Origin: Eledone cirrhosa
Taxonomy: Eukaryota
DNA: 64,000 nucleotides
Direction of reading: 5' to 3'
Assembly (NCBI GenBank): GCA_964016885.1
Contig: OZ024741.1
Location: 19,282,001-19,346,000 of the forward strand
The stretch's first letter is position 1, and each line of letters starts with the position of its first letter. This document shows positions 13,346 to 25,069 of the stretch, piece by piece. A program made the translations under genes and the position numbers. The notes beneath the pieces are model-generated. The model made no database searches. It had not been told where the DNA came from and worked only from the letters and a program-made list of their open reading frames with translations.

Positions 13346-13712
13346 CTAGTATTGGACTGTTTATTTATTTATCAACCTCTGAAAGATGAAAAGCACAATC
13401 AATCTTGGTGGGATTTGAACTCAGACCGACATGTCAACGGCTCTTCCAATTCAGGACCAACACGTTTGGTGAGGTTTATGGATCTGTTCATCTTATATAA
13501 CAATAATACAGACGGTTTGTTTTATTTTCGCTCTTAGTAATTATAATCAAGGGAAAGTAATGCAGTTGGCTTATAAACTTAACTGTAATACTTACTTCCC
13601 TTATTATTGTTGTTTTCTTTTTCGGCCACCAGAGGTATAACAGACATGATGAAATTTGCCCAGCATCAATTATACATTCATATTTGTGATATAAGGAGAT
13701 CTCCCTCTCTTT

Positions 13713-13774
<62 letters not shown>

Positions 13775-14118
13775 GTTACAGCATATATACGGAAACTATC
13801 TGCAGTTTTTCGTTCCAGTTTTTTATTTTTACTTTTTAAAACTTTACTTGCGTTTTACTGGTATTCTAAAATAGGATTTAACTTAATGCTAATCAAATCT
13901 CAGTAAATGACTGGTATGTTAGTGTATCGGCTATTGAAGAATGAGGGTAAAGTTGGCATCGGTGAGAGTTGAAGCTGGAACGCATGGGGGAAGGCTGAAA
14001 GGTTCATAGGCTGACTATGAGGGAGTGATGACTATAAGGGCTGACTGAGAGCTGTGAAATCATTCATGCGTTTATTTTCATTATTTAAAGTGTATTATTT
14101 ATTTAAATTGTATTATTT

Positions 14119-14308
14119 GCGGTGGATTGGTAGTATCGGTAGAGGGTCGGACGCCATGCTTTGACGCATAGAGTTACGGCCCTTGCCATTCTGAGTTCAA
14201 ATCCCGCTGAGGTTAACTTTGCCTTTCATCCTTACGGGGTCGATAAAATAAAGTACCAGTGATGCACTGGGTAATTGTTGGCCTTGTGGCAAAAGTAGAA
14301 ACAATAAT
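14119..14308 (+). mobile_element. Nin/Deu-domain-like SINE, young subfamily
   Basis: Nearly identical to the 11746 copy; flanked by the duplicated sequence tatttaaagtgtattattt. Confidence 0.85.
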
Positions 14309-15488
14309 TTATTTAAAGTGTATTATTTATTTTCACGGTCTATGTTGAAAAATAAACCTCATTTGGTCATTCCATGAGAGTATCTTGGTCTGCATAGGGA
14401 ACTTTCCAGTTACTTCTCGTAAAAGGGCGCAGCTACATAGTGAAGGCTATTTTGTCCGACGCTCTGTCGATTCTGACCATACAAATGTTTTCCTTAATGA
14501 AAATGTAGACCTAGGTATATTTCCAATGGCTATTTATTTTAATGTTGATGTAATGGTTCTGAGAAAGCATGCTAGCTACGACATCCTACTTGTGACTTTA
14601 ATTACTATTGGTGGAGTCGTTAGAACGTCAGAAAGAAAGCTTTGTGGTATTCGTTCCAGCTCCTTACACTTTGAGTTCAAATCCCGCCGAGGTCAACTTT
14701 TCCTTTCATCCTTTCGAGGTCGTTAAAAAAAATGTTCTATTCCAGTACTGAGGTCAATTCTTCCTTTATATCTCTTTCACACTTCTCTATCACCTCCTTT
14801 CCTTCTTTGGAAGAAATTGGCTGTGTTCAAACCGAGAGAGGAATGGACATCGTCCAATTAAAAATGCCCAAGAAACGCCGTATGTCACGTCGTTGCCTCT
14901 ACATTTTCATCTGCAAAACTGGGAAGTACATCTCGCGCCTGGGAAAGAAGCGTCCTATATGGGGAAGTTGTTGATATTGCAGATGTCGCTGGCTGTTCCC
15001 AGTGGTAATTCTTTCGTCATTTTGTCTGCGGGACACATCTGACGTATACTGCCAGGACAAGCGAGAAGAGTCTGTCCCACGCTCACACCTCCCCGATTCT
15101 ATTTTTTTTGTTCCGTACTATGAAATTATTTCACATTGATTTTCAATAAAGATCATTAAACTAACGTTCTACTATAAAACATGAAATTTTTAAGGTTTTA
15201 AGTAAGAAATTTATCGATGGTTTCACCAGTCGTTTTGAATAGACACGGCATTTTCTAATATTGATAAAACCCTCGTCGATTTTGAGACCACGGGTACACT
15301 AGAAATAATAATAATTTCTTTCTTTCACCCCCCACCACTCTTTATTGCTCTTTCATTCAGTCACGCAATAAACACACGCATACACGAACATATACAGACA
15401 CATACACAGTCAGTCACACATACATGCGTGCATACACAGACATGAATCCTGCTTTTTCATTTCAATAGCCCCACTTCTTATTTCTCTT

Positions 15489-15551
<63 letters not shown>

Positions 15552-15657
15552 CTCTCTCTATCTCTCTCTCTATCTATCTATCACCCTTATTAATTACATT
15601 AGTTGCACTATCTCTTTGAGAAGGTGTTGACTTAAGGTATATATATATATATGTATG

Positions 15658-15727
<70 letters not shown>

Positions 15728-15802
15728 TTATATATATACATACTTATATATATATATTTATATATATATACATACATATATATATATGTAATATATATAT
15801 AC

Positions 15803-15871
<69 letters not shown>

Positions 15872-16242
15872 TAATTGAAATTAAATATATATATATATAT
15901 AAATATATATATATTACATATATACATATATATATATGTATAATATATGCAATATATATATACATACATATATGTATGTATGTGGGGAAGATGGGGTGAT
16001 GCCTCATAAACCTGAATATAACGAAACACTCAACCTCACGCCACCATATTACACTACACCACACCACACTATACTACATCACATCACACCACACTATACT
16101 ACATTACACCACACCATACTACATCACACCACACCACACTATACTATATAACATTACACAATCTTCCTGCCCCATTCTAATCCTCCTCATCATCGTTATG
16201 AACATTAAACCTAACAACTCACCACATAAACAACTGCAACAA

Positions 16243-16331
<89 letters not shown>

Positions 16332-17038
16332 TAAACAGTCTCTAAGAGTCAGTCAATACAGGCAGACGGACATTCAGCTTGTCAAAAGGAGCAATGTTTT
16401 GTGTGGGTTTACATTTTATTGATATTTGTTGGCATTTCAATTCTAATCAATATGTCGTCTGGTTCACTCTTGAGCCTCGTTCTCAATTGTTCTCACCACT
16501 AAACACAGCTGCCATCTTAAACATCTCCATTTTTATTGTTAACATCTCAAACGAAAATCAGTTTTAGTTAAATAAATAAAAGAAAACAGTCTCATACACT
16601 TATCCTTCCAGTTATTGTTAGTTTAAATTAATTGCGATAAGTTCTAAAGCTGTGAGTGGACGAACGGGAGGATTGGGTCAAAATCTGATAGGGACACACA
16701 CACACACACAGAGGTTCGATTCTTGATTTAACTTTCGTCCTATTTTACAAGGTATTTTTGTATTTGTGTAACTGCGATTTTGTATGGATGTAGTTCAGCC
16801 AGACTGACGTATTCACACCGCACAATATTAGGGTTAGTGTTACGGATCTGTTTATTGATCCAATTACGATCAGCTTTACTCGAACGGAATTTTATAGCAA
16901 GAGAGCTGATGCTAACATATGACTGATGTTAATCAAGCAGCATCTCTCTCTCTCTCTCTCTCTTTATATATATATATATATATATAGGCGCAATTCCATG
17001 GTCATTCGTGACCGAAGGGGGTCTTTACCCTTTATACA

Positions 17039-17142
<104 letters not shown>

Positions 17143-17902
17143 TATGTATATATATATATAAATGTGTGTGTGTGTAGAATGTAGACATTGCACTATGCTG
17201 GATGTAGTAATGTAATGTATCAACCTAAAGAAACTAACCGTGGTATCATTGTTGGATCAAGTTCAACTAACTCCGGCTGATCATCACCAACGATGTAGAT
17301 ATTAAAAGACTAAAGAACCTCGTTACACAATCTGCCAAACCATCACATTTTGGATGTTCTATGTACACTGTTACACTCAAGACATAAGGGAGCAAAGAAG
17401 GAGAAGAAGAAGAAGAAGAAGAAGAAGAAGAAGAAGAAGAAGAAGAAGAAGAAGAAGATAATGAAAGGCAGAAGAAAATGTTCGATTCTTTATTTCATTT
17501 TAATGTTTATCTTATAACTTAACCAAAAGAGAGAAAACATGATTAATTTATCCCTGTTATGGCCCCTTGAAACTGATGAGTAGAAAGGACGAAGTTATGC
17601 TCAGGCCGAAGACCTGGTCTTAATACTTGTAACAGAATAGAGACACACATGAACCCGGTATTGTTGTTTAGTGGTGAAACAGATTGTGTCGTCCATCGCA
17701 GACAACAACGGTTCACCTGACAGTTTCCATCTACCAAATTCTACCAACAAAGAATTGGCTGAGACTTGGAAAAACATATTTCTGGCGAGCCATACGACTA
17801 TTTTAAGAGACCTTTCTGTGATTAGAGAGCGTCGGAGTTGGTAGATGCGCTACAGAGCTAGGTTTGTATCTAACTACGAATTAGGAATTTTATTTATACA
17901 CC

Positions 17903-17977
<75 letters not shown>

Positions 17978-18157
17978 TTACGTTGCTTCACCATTCGTGT
18001 CTGTTTACCCCCCCCCCCCTTTTATCCCAATAAGTTATTTTAGTTATTGTTCGCCCTAGACTGAGGTATCTTGTCTCTAACGCGAAGAAGTACCTATGAT
18101 TCCTAACAGACAACTGACAATGGATATTACCTTATTTCGCCTGTAACTTTTATTTTC

Positions 18158-18198
<41 letters not shown>

Positions 18199-18338
18199 AC
18201 AGAACACACTCACTGTTTGGTTGCTTTTCGCTTCTGTATCTTTTCTATCTCCATAGTTAATTTATTTGGCAATCAATGTTTATCATTGATTGACCAGCGG
18301 TTAAAAATACAGATATAAATATATATATATATATAGTC

Positions 18339-18382
18339 TATCAAAGTTCTTTCGTTGCACATCTGCAACATCATCAGTGATA
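18339..18382 (-). ncRNA. Minimal type-I hammerhead ribozyme motif
   Basis: Minus strand TATCA-CTGATGA-T-GTTGCA gatg TGCAAC-GAAA-G aa C-TT^TGATA: stems I, II and III pair, with one extra U before stem II. Confidence 0.75.
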
Positions 18383-19069
18383 CTATTATGTTTCCTCCTA
18401 TTGTATTGTATTGTACTGTAATATCTACGCCATTTTTATTATCTCTGGCAATATTATAACAATATGACCCTCCCCAAGTATAACCTATATATATATATAT
18501 TGAAATGGCAGACTGAATACGCACGTGTTTTTCCCTGTTCCTCCCTCTTATCATTCTTTATCTTTCTATCTATCTTCTGATGATAGACAAGTGTCCAAAA
18601 CGTTATGACTCTTTTCCTGCCATTTCAAGCGTTAAACTAATATATTTCTACAATGCATTGTGTCGTTTGCTTTGTTATTTCGGTTTACGTTTTACATTCA
18701 CACACACACTACATTTCGTACAACTTGGATATATAAAAAGAAACACCAGTTATGTATTGGGCCAATTCAATGGATTATGCTCGGTCCCACAAAATTTATA
18801 ATTCTGGAATCAAAGTTTCGAAACAGATTTGTACAATTATTACCATGATATCATATTTACACCATGAACGCCACCATCTGGTGTATGTGGCATAAAAATA
18901 ATATCGGATGTGAATGCTGCACACACACACATACATACACTCACATGGGCACACATACTTACATACACATGCGCGCGCGTGTAGGCAAGCAAAATGAGAA
19001 GGGGGGGGGCGGAGAGTTACAGTGAAAGAGAGGGGAAAGGGAATGAGAGTGAAATAGAAGGGAGGAGAG

Positions 19070-19132
<63 letters not shown>

Positions 19133-19969
19133 CATATTATCCATAATAATGTAAACATGTTTACATGTTTTTATGTGTCTAATGCTTTACCATGGAATGT
19201 TGAAACATTTCAAAAAATTAACAAATAAAAAATATTTGCTTCAATTATTCTTTTCTTTTTTTTCTGTTTTTCATTTTCCGTCAAAAAATTCTGATAGATC
19301 GATAGCTTTAATAGGACGATTGAATTCATCGTTTCGTGTTCTGGAAGCAATAACACACACAAACACTAGTATGCTCTCTCTTACCAAACATATCATTTAA
19401 CAAAACGTAACTACAACAAAACATTTACAAAAGGAAACTGAGTCAGCCATCAATTTTCTGTGGTTTTTTACTTTTATGAAAATTTATATTCTATGTTTAT
19501 TTAACGTTTTTTTTTCCAATAAAAATCTTCGTTTCTATTTGTTCATTATTTCGTGATCTTTAACTACAACTAATCAAACAAATTTAGTTACTTCCCAACA
19601 CGAATTTCACTACAACTATGAGAAACCTGAAGCTGCTATTATCTGAGCAGTCATTTTATATTTGTTCAAAATGCAGATTTTAGTGTTGTCGTTTTTCTTA
19701 ATTCATCTCTATTCTATTTTTTTTTCGTTTCACTCAACCTGCTTTCATATTTATTTATTTATTTATCTATTTATTTTGAACGATGTAAAATGTCAGGGAC
19801 CTGAACCTGTAAAGATTTAATTTAAAATTGTGTGTGTGTATATATATATATATATGCCTCGATTGTTGTGCCTAATGTGCACAGGAATGAACGGTACGAC
19901 ATTAATATACCAAAACCGTAGTGATTTCCAGAGGTTGATTTCGAAGAGGATTTGCTTCGAAATCACTAG

Positions 19970-20062
19970 ACGTATCTGAGGAACTTGCGAATCCAGAGTC
20001 AGGTTCGATCCCCAAACAGATCGCACCTCGAGCTGTTCGCCGGAGAAACAATTGTAATACGT
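19970..20062 (+). ncRNA. Type-I hammerhead ribozyme motif with long stem II
   Basis: ACGTAT-CTGAGGA-[62-nt imperfect hairpin]-GAAA-C aatt G-TA^ATACGT, followed by AATAAA. Confidence 0.75.
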
Positions 20063-20183
20063 AATAAATTGTGTTCGGATGCATCACTGATTCTCTGTTT
20101 TCCATTTTATTATACTCCGCCTCGAAGGAGCATAAAGTGGTCAACCGGCATACCGATTATGGACGCATCCAAGCAACCTTACT

Positions 20184-20218
<35 letters not shown>

Positions 20219-20243
20219 CAAACACACACACATATATACATAT

Positions 20244-20616
20244 AATTAGAAAATATAATAGCTTTCACCGTACTTTTCAACTAAAGAAATTTTAGTCTGA
20301 TAATAGGGTTTAGAACCCTCAGATAAATGGAAAAAGATGAGTATTGACGAACCCACATCTTTGGTTATCCAGACCAGTGTGCTACCATTTACACCATTTA
20401 CTCGCTAAGAATGTAGCTTCTAATTTGAATGGAAGGAATGGGTGATGTGTTGGTGTAAATGGTAGCACAGTGGTCTGGATAACCAAAGATGTGGGTTCGA
20501 CTCCCATGTACGTCAATACTCATCTTTTTCCATTTATCTGAGGGTTCTAAACCCCATTATCAGACTAAAATTTCTTTAGTTGAAAAGTTCGGTGAAAGCT
20601 ATTCTATTTTCTAATT
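20244..20616. repeat. Long inverted repeat (153/166-bp arms, 54-bp spacer)
   Basis: Arms 20244-20396 and 20451-20616 differ by about 4 substitutions and one 13-bp gap. Confidence 0.95.
20444..20515 (+). tRNA. tRNA-like unit or pseudo-tRNA (GGA in the anticodon position) inside a foldback element
   Basis: Folds as a 72-nt cloverleaf: acceptor gatgtgt/gtacgtc, D arm gtgt/gcac, anticodon loop ctGGAta, T arm gtggg ttcgact cccat. A and B boxes present; T5 at 20525-20529. Confidence 0.55.
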
Positions 20617-20901
20617 TCAAACCTGCTCACTGTTTCAAAACATACTTACACATATATACACATATATATATATATATATATATACAAAATTTAGTACAGC
20701 ATCAACGAAGATCTGGTTGCAGCCAAGCTAACAAATGCAATCCCGGTGTGCAGCTAAGCACTCAATAGGGTATATTACCCTAGAGTTATAACATTACGTT
20801 TAGACAGCTTTGCAAATCGAATACAGCGACCGATAGACCGGCCGCAGTGACCATAGCGACGAAAAAAACTGAACTCAGGAACATTTTTTATATATATATA
20901 T

Positions 20902-21114
20902 ACAAGTATATTGAAGGAAGAATCAACTTCTATCATTAAAAAATCATATTTATTTCCTTAGACATGTTTCAAAGGAGTTGTACATCCAATCATTTGAAAT
21001 ATTACGAAACATTTCGTATAAACTTCATATATGTACAACTCATTTGAAACATGTGTAAGGGAATAAATATGTTTTTTAAATAATAGAAGTTGATCGTTCC
21101 ATTGATATACCTGT
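20902..21114. repeat. Imperfect inverted repeat (~83-bp arms)
   Basis: acaagtatattgaaggaagaatcaacttcta...catgtttcaaaggagttgtacat versus its reverse complement at 21031-21114. Confidence 0.85.
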
Positions 21115-21630
21115 TTATATTTACTCCCCGTTTATGTCTACACCTCTAAATATTTCTCACTAAAAACCACTTTATCTTCAAAACTAAAAGAATTTACCAT
21201 CCGCTGCTACGAGGAATCGAACCTCGTATCTCTCAGATATCAGCTAGCCACTTATAAATATTAATTCAAAATATAGTAACGTTGCACACATGTGTGTGTG
21301 TTTGTGTGAGTCCCTTTATGTATGTCTATACATGTATGTCTGTGTGTCTTTGTGTGTATCTGTGTGTGTGTGTGTCTGTCTATGTCTGTGTGTATGTCTG
21401 TGTGTGTGTCTGTGTGTGTGCGTGCGTTTGTCTCAGAAACTGGATGATGTATCATGTTTACCTAACTGTTTTATGCAATTGAACGTCTGGTTCACTATAC
21501 TTGTCAGAGGTTACAATGCACACACAGATACACACACACACACCCATATATATAGTCATATACATCAGTATATGACTATATATATATGTACATATATTTA
21601 TATATATACTTATATACATCTGTGTATATA

Positions 21631-21663
<33 letters not shown>

Positions 21664-21703
21664 GTAGATAAATCTACCAAGAGTTTACGGTAGTGTCCAA
21701 TCC

Positions 21704-21743
<40 letters not shown>

Positions 21744-21988
21744 TAAATACATCTGTATATATATATATATATATGTATTATTCTTGGTTTTATATATATA
21801 TATATATATATGTATTATTCTTGGTTTTTTATATATATATATATATGTATATATGTATATATGTATATATTTATACGCATGTCACTTTGTTTTGACATTC
21901 GGCATTAATTTGAAGATATTGGTTCCACATCCCACCACGTGCTTCTCTGTCAGCACTGGAGCTCACATTTTATCCACTGACGTCTGAA

Positions 21989-22024
<36 letters not shown>

Positions 22025-22047
22025 TTTTCTCTCTGTCTCTCCCCCTC

Positions 22048-22112
<65 letters not shown>

Positions 22113-22139
22113 TTTTCTCTCTGTCTCTCCCCCTCCCTA

Positions 22140-22183
<44 letters not shown>

Positions 22184-22305
22184 ACCGTGTGTGCATATAT
22201 GACAGCGTATGTGTTCATGTATGTGTGTGTATATAAATATCTATACATACATATGTATATACGTGTACATATATATGTATGTATATATATATATGTATGT
22301 ATATG

Positions 22306-22349
<44 letters not shown>

Positions 22350-22883
22350 AACCATGTGTGTATATATGACAGTGTGTTTGTTTATGTGTGTGTGTGTGTG
22401 TGCATCTCGACGAGTGGGGTAGTTAAGATTACGCAACCATAAGATACGTTTTTATGCAGACAGCAGAAAGTAGAGAGCATTATGCTGAGTCTGCACAATT
22501 GGTCCGTCATTGCTCTGTAAACACAACAACAGCTTTAATTTAGCTCATACAATGGAGTCTCACATATGTAATGTAGTGAGTTGACAAACGTCCATCAACT
22601 GAGATTGTCCAAGCAATTAGCAGACAAAGAACATCTTGTAGTGTTGAATACCAACAAACAACAAGCGAGACAACTCCAGTAAGACCACTCGATCGAAAGT
22701 TTTGTTTAACTTAACGTTATAAATAGTACTTCAAGCTGTTATGTGTGGCTGTGAAGGGTGGTAGGGTGTATGTGAGGAAGATTGTTGATGTGGTTGTGTA
22801 GGTAACTCCAAGAGTGTTGTGTGAGCGTCTGTGAGAGTGATTGTGAAGGTGATATTGAGGGTGTCTGTAGAGGTGGCTGTGAG

Positions 22884-23458
22884 GGTAGCTGTAACAGTGG
22901 CTATTAGGGGTGGGTCTGGGGATAGTTGTAACGGTGAGTATGGGGGGTAGCTGTGATGGGTGGTTCCTGTGGTAGCTGTAACAGTGGCTATTAGGGGTGG
23001 GTCTGCGGGTAGTTGTAACGGTGAGTATGGGGGGTAGCTGTGATGGGTGGTTCCTGTGGTAGCTGTAACAGTGGCTATTAGGGGTGGGTCTGGGGGTAGT
23101 TGTAACGGTGAGTATGGGGGGTAGCTGTGATGGGTGGTTCCTGTGGTAGCTGTAACAGTGGCTATTAGGGGTGGGTCTGGGGGTAGTTGTAACGGTGAGT
23201 ATGGGGGGTAGCTGTGATGGGTGGTTCCTGTGGTAGCTGTAACAGTGGCTATTAGGGGTGGGTCTGGGGGTAGTTGTAACGGTGAGTATGGGGGGTAGCT
23301 GTGATGGGTGGTTCCTGTGGTAGCTGTAACAGTGGCTATTAGGGGTGGGTCTGGGGGTAGTTGTAACGGTGAGTATGGGGGGTAGCTGTGATGGGTGGTT
23401 CCTGTGGTAGCTGTAACAGTGGCTATTAGGGGTGGGTCTGGGGGTAGTTGTAACGGTG
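22884..23458. repeat. 87-bp G-rich minisatellite, ~6.5 copies
   Basis: ggtagctgtaacagtggctattaggggtgggtctggggg...ttcctgt, period 87. Confidence 0.95.
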
Positions 23459-23599
23459 GCTCTGAGTGCGACTAAGAAAGTAGCTCTAAGTATGGCTGTG
23501 TATGCGTCTGAGAGAGTGGTTGTAAGGTTAACAATGGGGTGAGGATGTAAGGGTGGTTGTGTGGGTGGCTGTGAAGGTGGTTTGAGGAGTGACTAAGAG

Positions 23600-24425
23600 G
23601 GGTAGTTGTGAGGTGGTAGTGAGGGTAGTATTGGGGGTAACTGTGAGGTAGTTGTGAGGTGGTAGTGAGGGTGGTATTGAGGGTAACTGTGAAGTGGTTG
23701 TGAGGTAGTAGTGAGGGTGGTATTGAAGGTATCTGTGAGGTGGTAGTGAGGGTGGTATTGAGGGTAACTGTGAGGTGGTTGTGAGGGTGGTATTGAGGGT
23801 ATCTGTGAGGTGGTAGTGAGGGTGGTATTGAGGGTAACTGTGAGGTGGTAGTGAGGGTGGTATTGAGGGTATCTGTGAGGTGGTAGTGAGGGTGGTATTG
23901 AGGGTAACTGTGAGGTGGTTGTGAGGTGGTAGTGAGGGTGGTATTGAGGGTATCTGTGAGGTGGTTGTGAGGTGGTAGTGAGGGTGGTATTGAGGGTAAC
24001 TGTGAAGTGGTTGTGAGGTAGTAGTGAGGGTGGTATTGAGGGTATCTGTGAGGTGGTTGTGAGGTGGTAGTGAGGGTGGTATTGAGGGTAACTGTGAGGT
24101 GGTTGTGAGGGTGGTATTGAGGGTAACTGTGAGGTAGTAGTGAGGGTGGTATTGAGGGTAACTGTGAAGTGGTTATGAGGGGTGGCAGAGAGGGTGGTTG
24201 TGAGGTGGTAGTGAGGGTAATTGTGAGGTAGTTGTGAGGTGGTAGTGAGGGTGGTATTGAGGGTAACTGTGAGGTGGTTGTGAGGTAGTAGTGAGGGTGG
24301 TATTGAAGGTAACTGTGAAGTGGTTATGAGGGGTGGCAGAGAGGGTGGTTGTGAGGGTGGTAGTGAGGGTAATTGTGAGGTGGTTGTGAGGGTAGTAGTG
24401 AGGGTAACTGTGAGGTGGTTGTGAG
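23600..24425. repeat. Compound G-rich repeat built from 11-14-bp modules
   Basis: Shuffled modules gtgaggtggta / gtgagggtggtatt / gagggtaact. Confidence 0.9.
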
Positions 24426-24711
24426 GGGGGGGGCTATCAGTGTGACCGTGAGGTATATTCCTATTATCTTTACCCAGATAGCACTAGCAAGCACATACAA
24501 TAACTCTTCACAACCACCCGAATATATCGAACACTTAGGGTCTATTGGTGCACACTAATCAATAACCAATCACTGGCAAACACCATTACCACATAGCAAG
24601 GCGAGAAAGATTATTTCAATATTTATCTCGAGATTTCAAGTCCAGTTCTTCTGGTACCATCTCATTGTTGTGAATCTTGTTTTCTCTTCATTAGAAGATT
24701 ATATTATGTTA

Positions 24712-24843
24712 CGTCCCTTTACGATCTGAGTTCAAACCCCGCCGAGGTTGACTTTGCCTTTCATCCTTACGGGGTCGATGAAATAAAGTACCAGTAATGC
24801 ACTGGGTAATTGCTGGCCTTGTGCCTTAAGTAGAAACAATTAT
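24712..24843 (+). mobile_element. Nin/Deu-domain-like SINE, 5'-truncated
   Basis: Same core and tail as the 11746 copy. Confidence 0.8.
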
Positions 24844-25028
24844 ATATTGCCTCGGCTCACTTAGTTGTCATGATTAAGTAGAATATGATTGGGGGAAGTT
24901 ATCAGTGCTAGGCTGGCGTCCTATCCAGAGAGTGAGATATATCTCTCACATACATGTTATGACATGAAAGCTATGATAGCCACTGGCTCACACAGATCCT
25001 CTTCTTTCCGTGATTCAGGATACATTAT

Positions 25029-25059
<31 letters not shown>

Positions 25060-25069
25060 CCTATCTATC

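Noticed and set aside
17573-17600. CTGATGAGTAGAAAGGACGAAG hammerhead-like word
   Set aside because: Stem II broken, GAAG instead of GAAA, no clear stem I; at most a relic.
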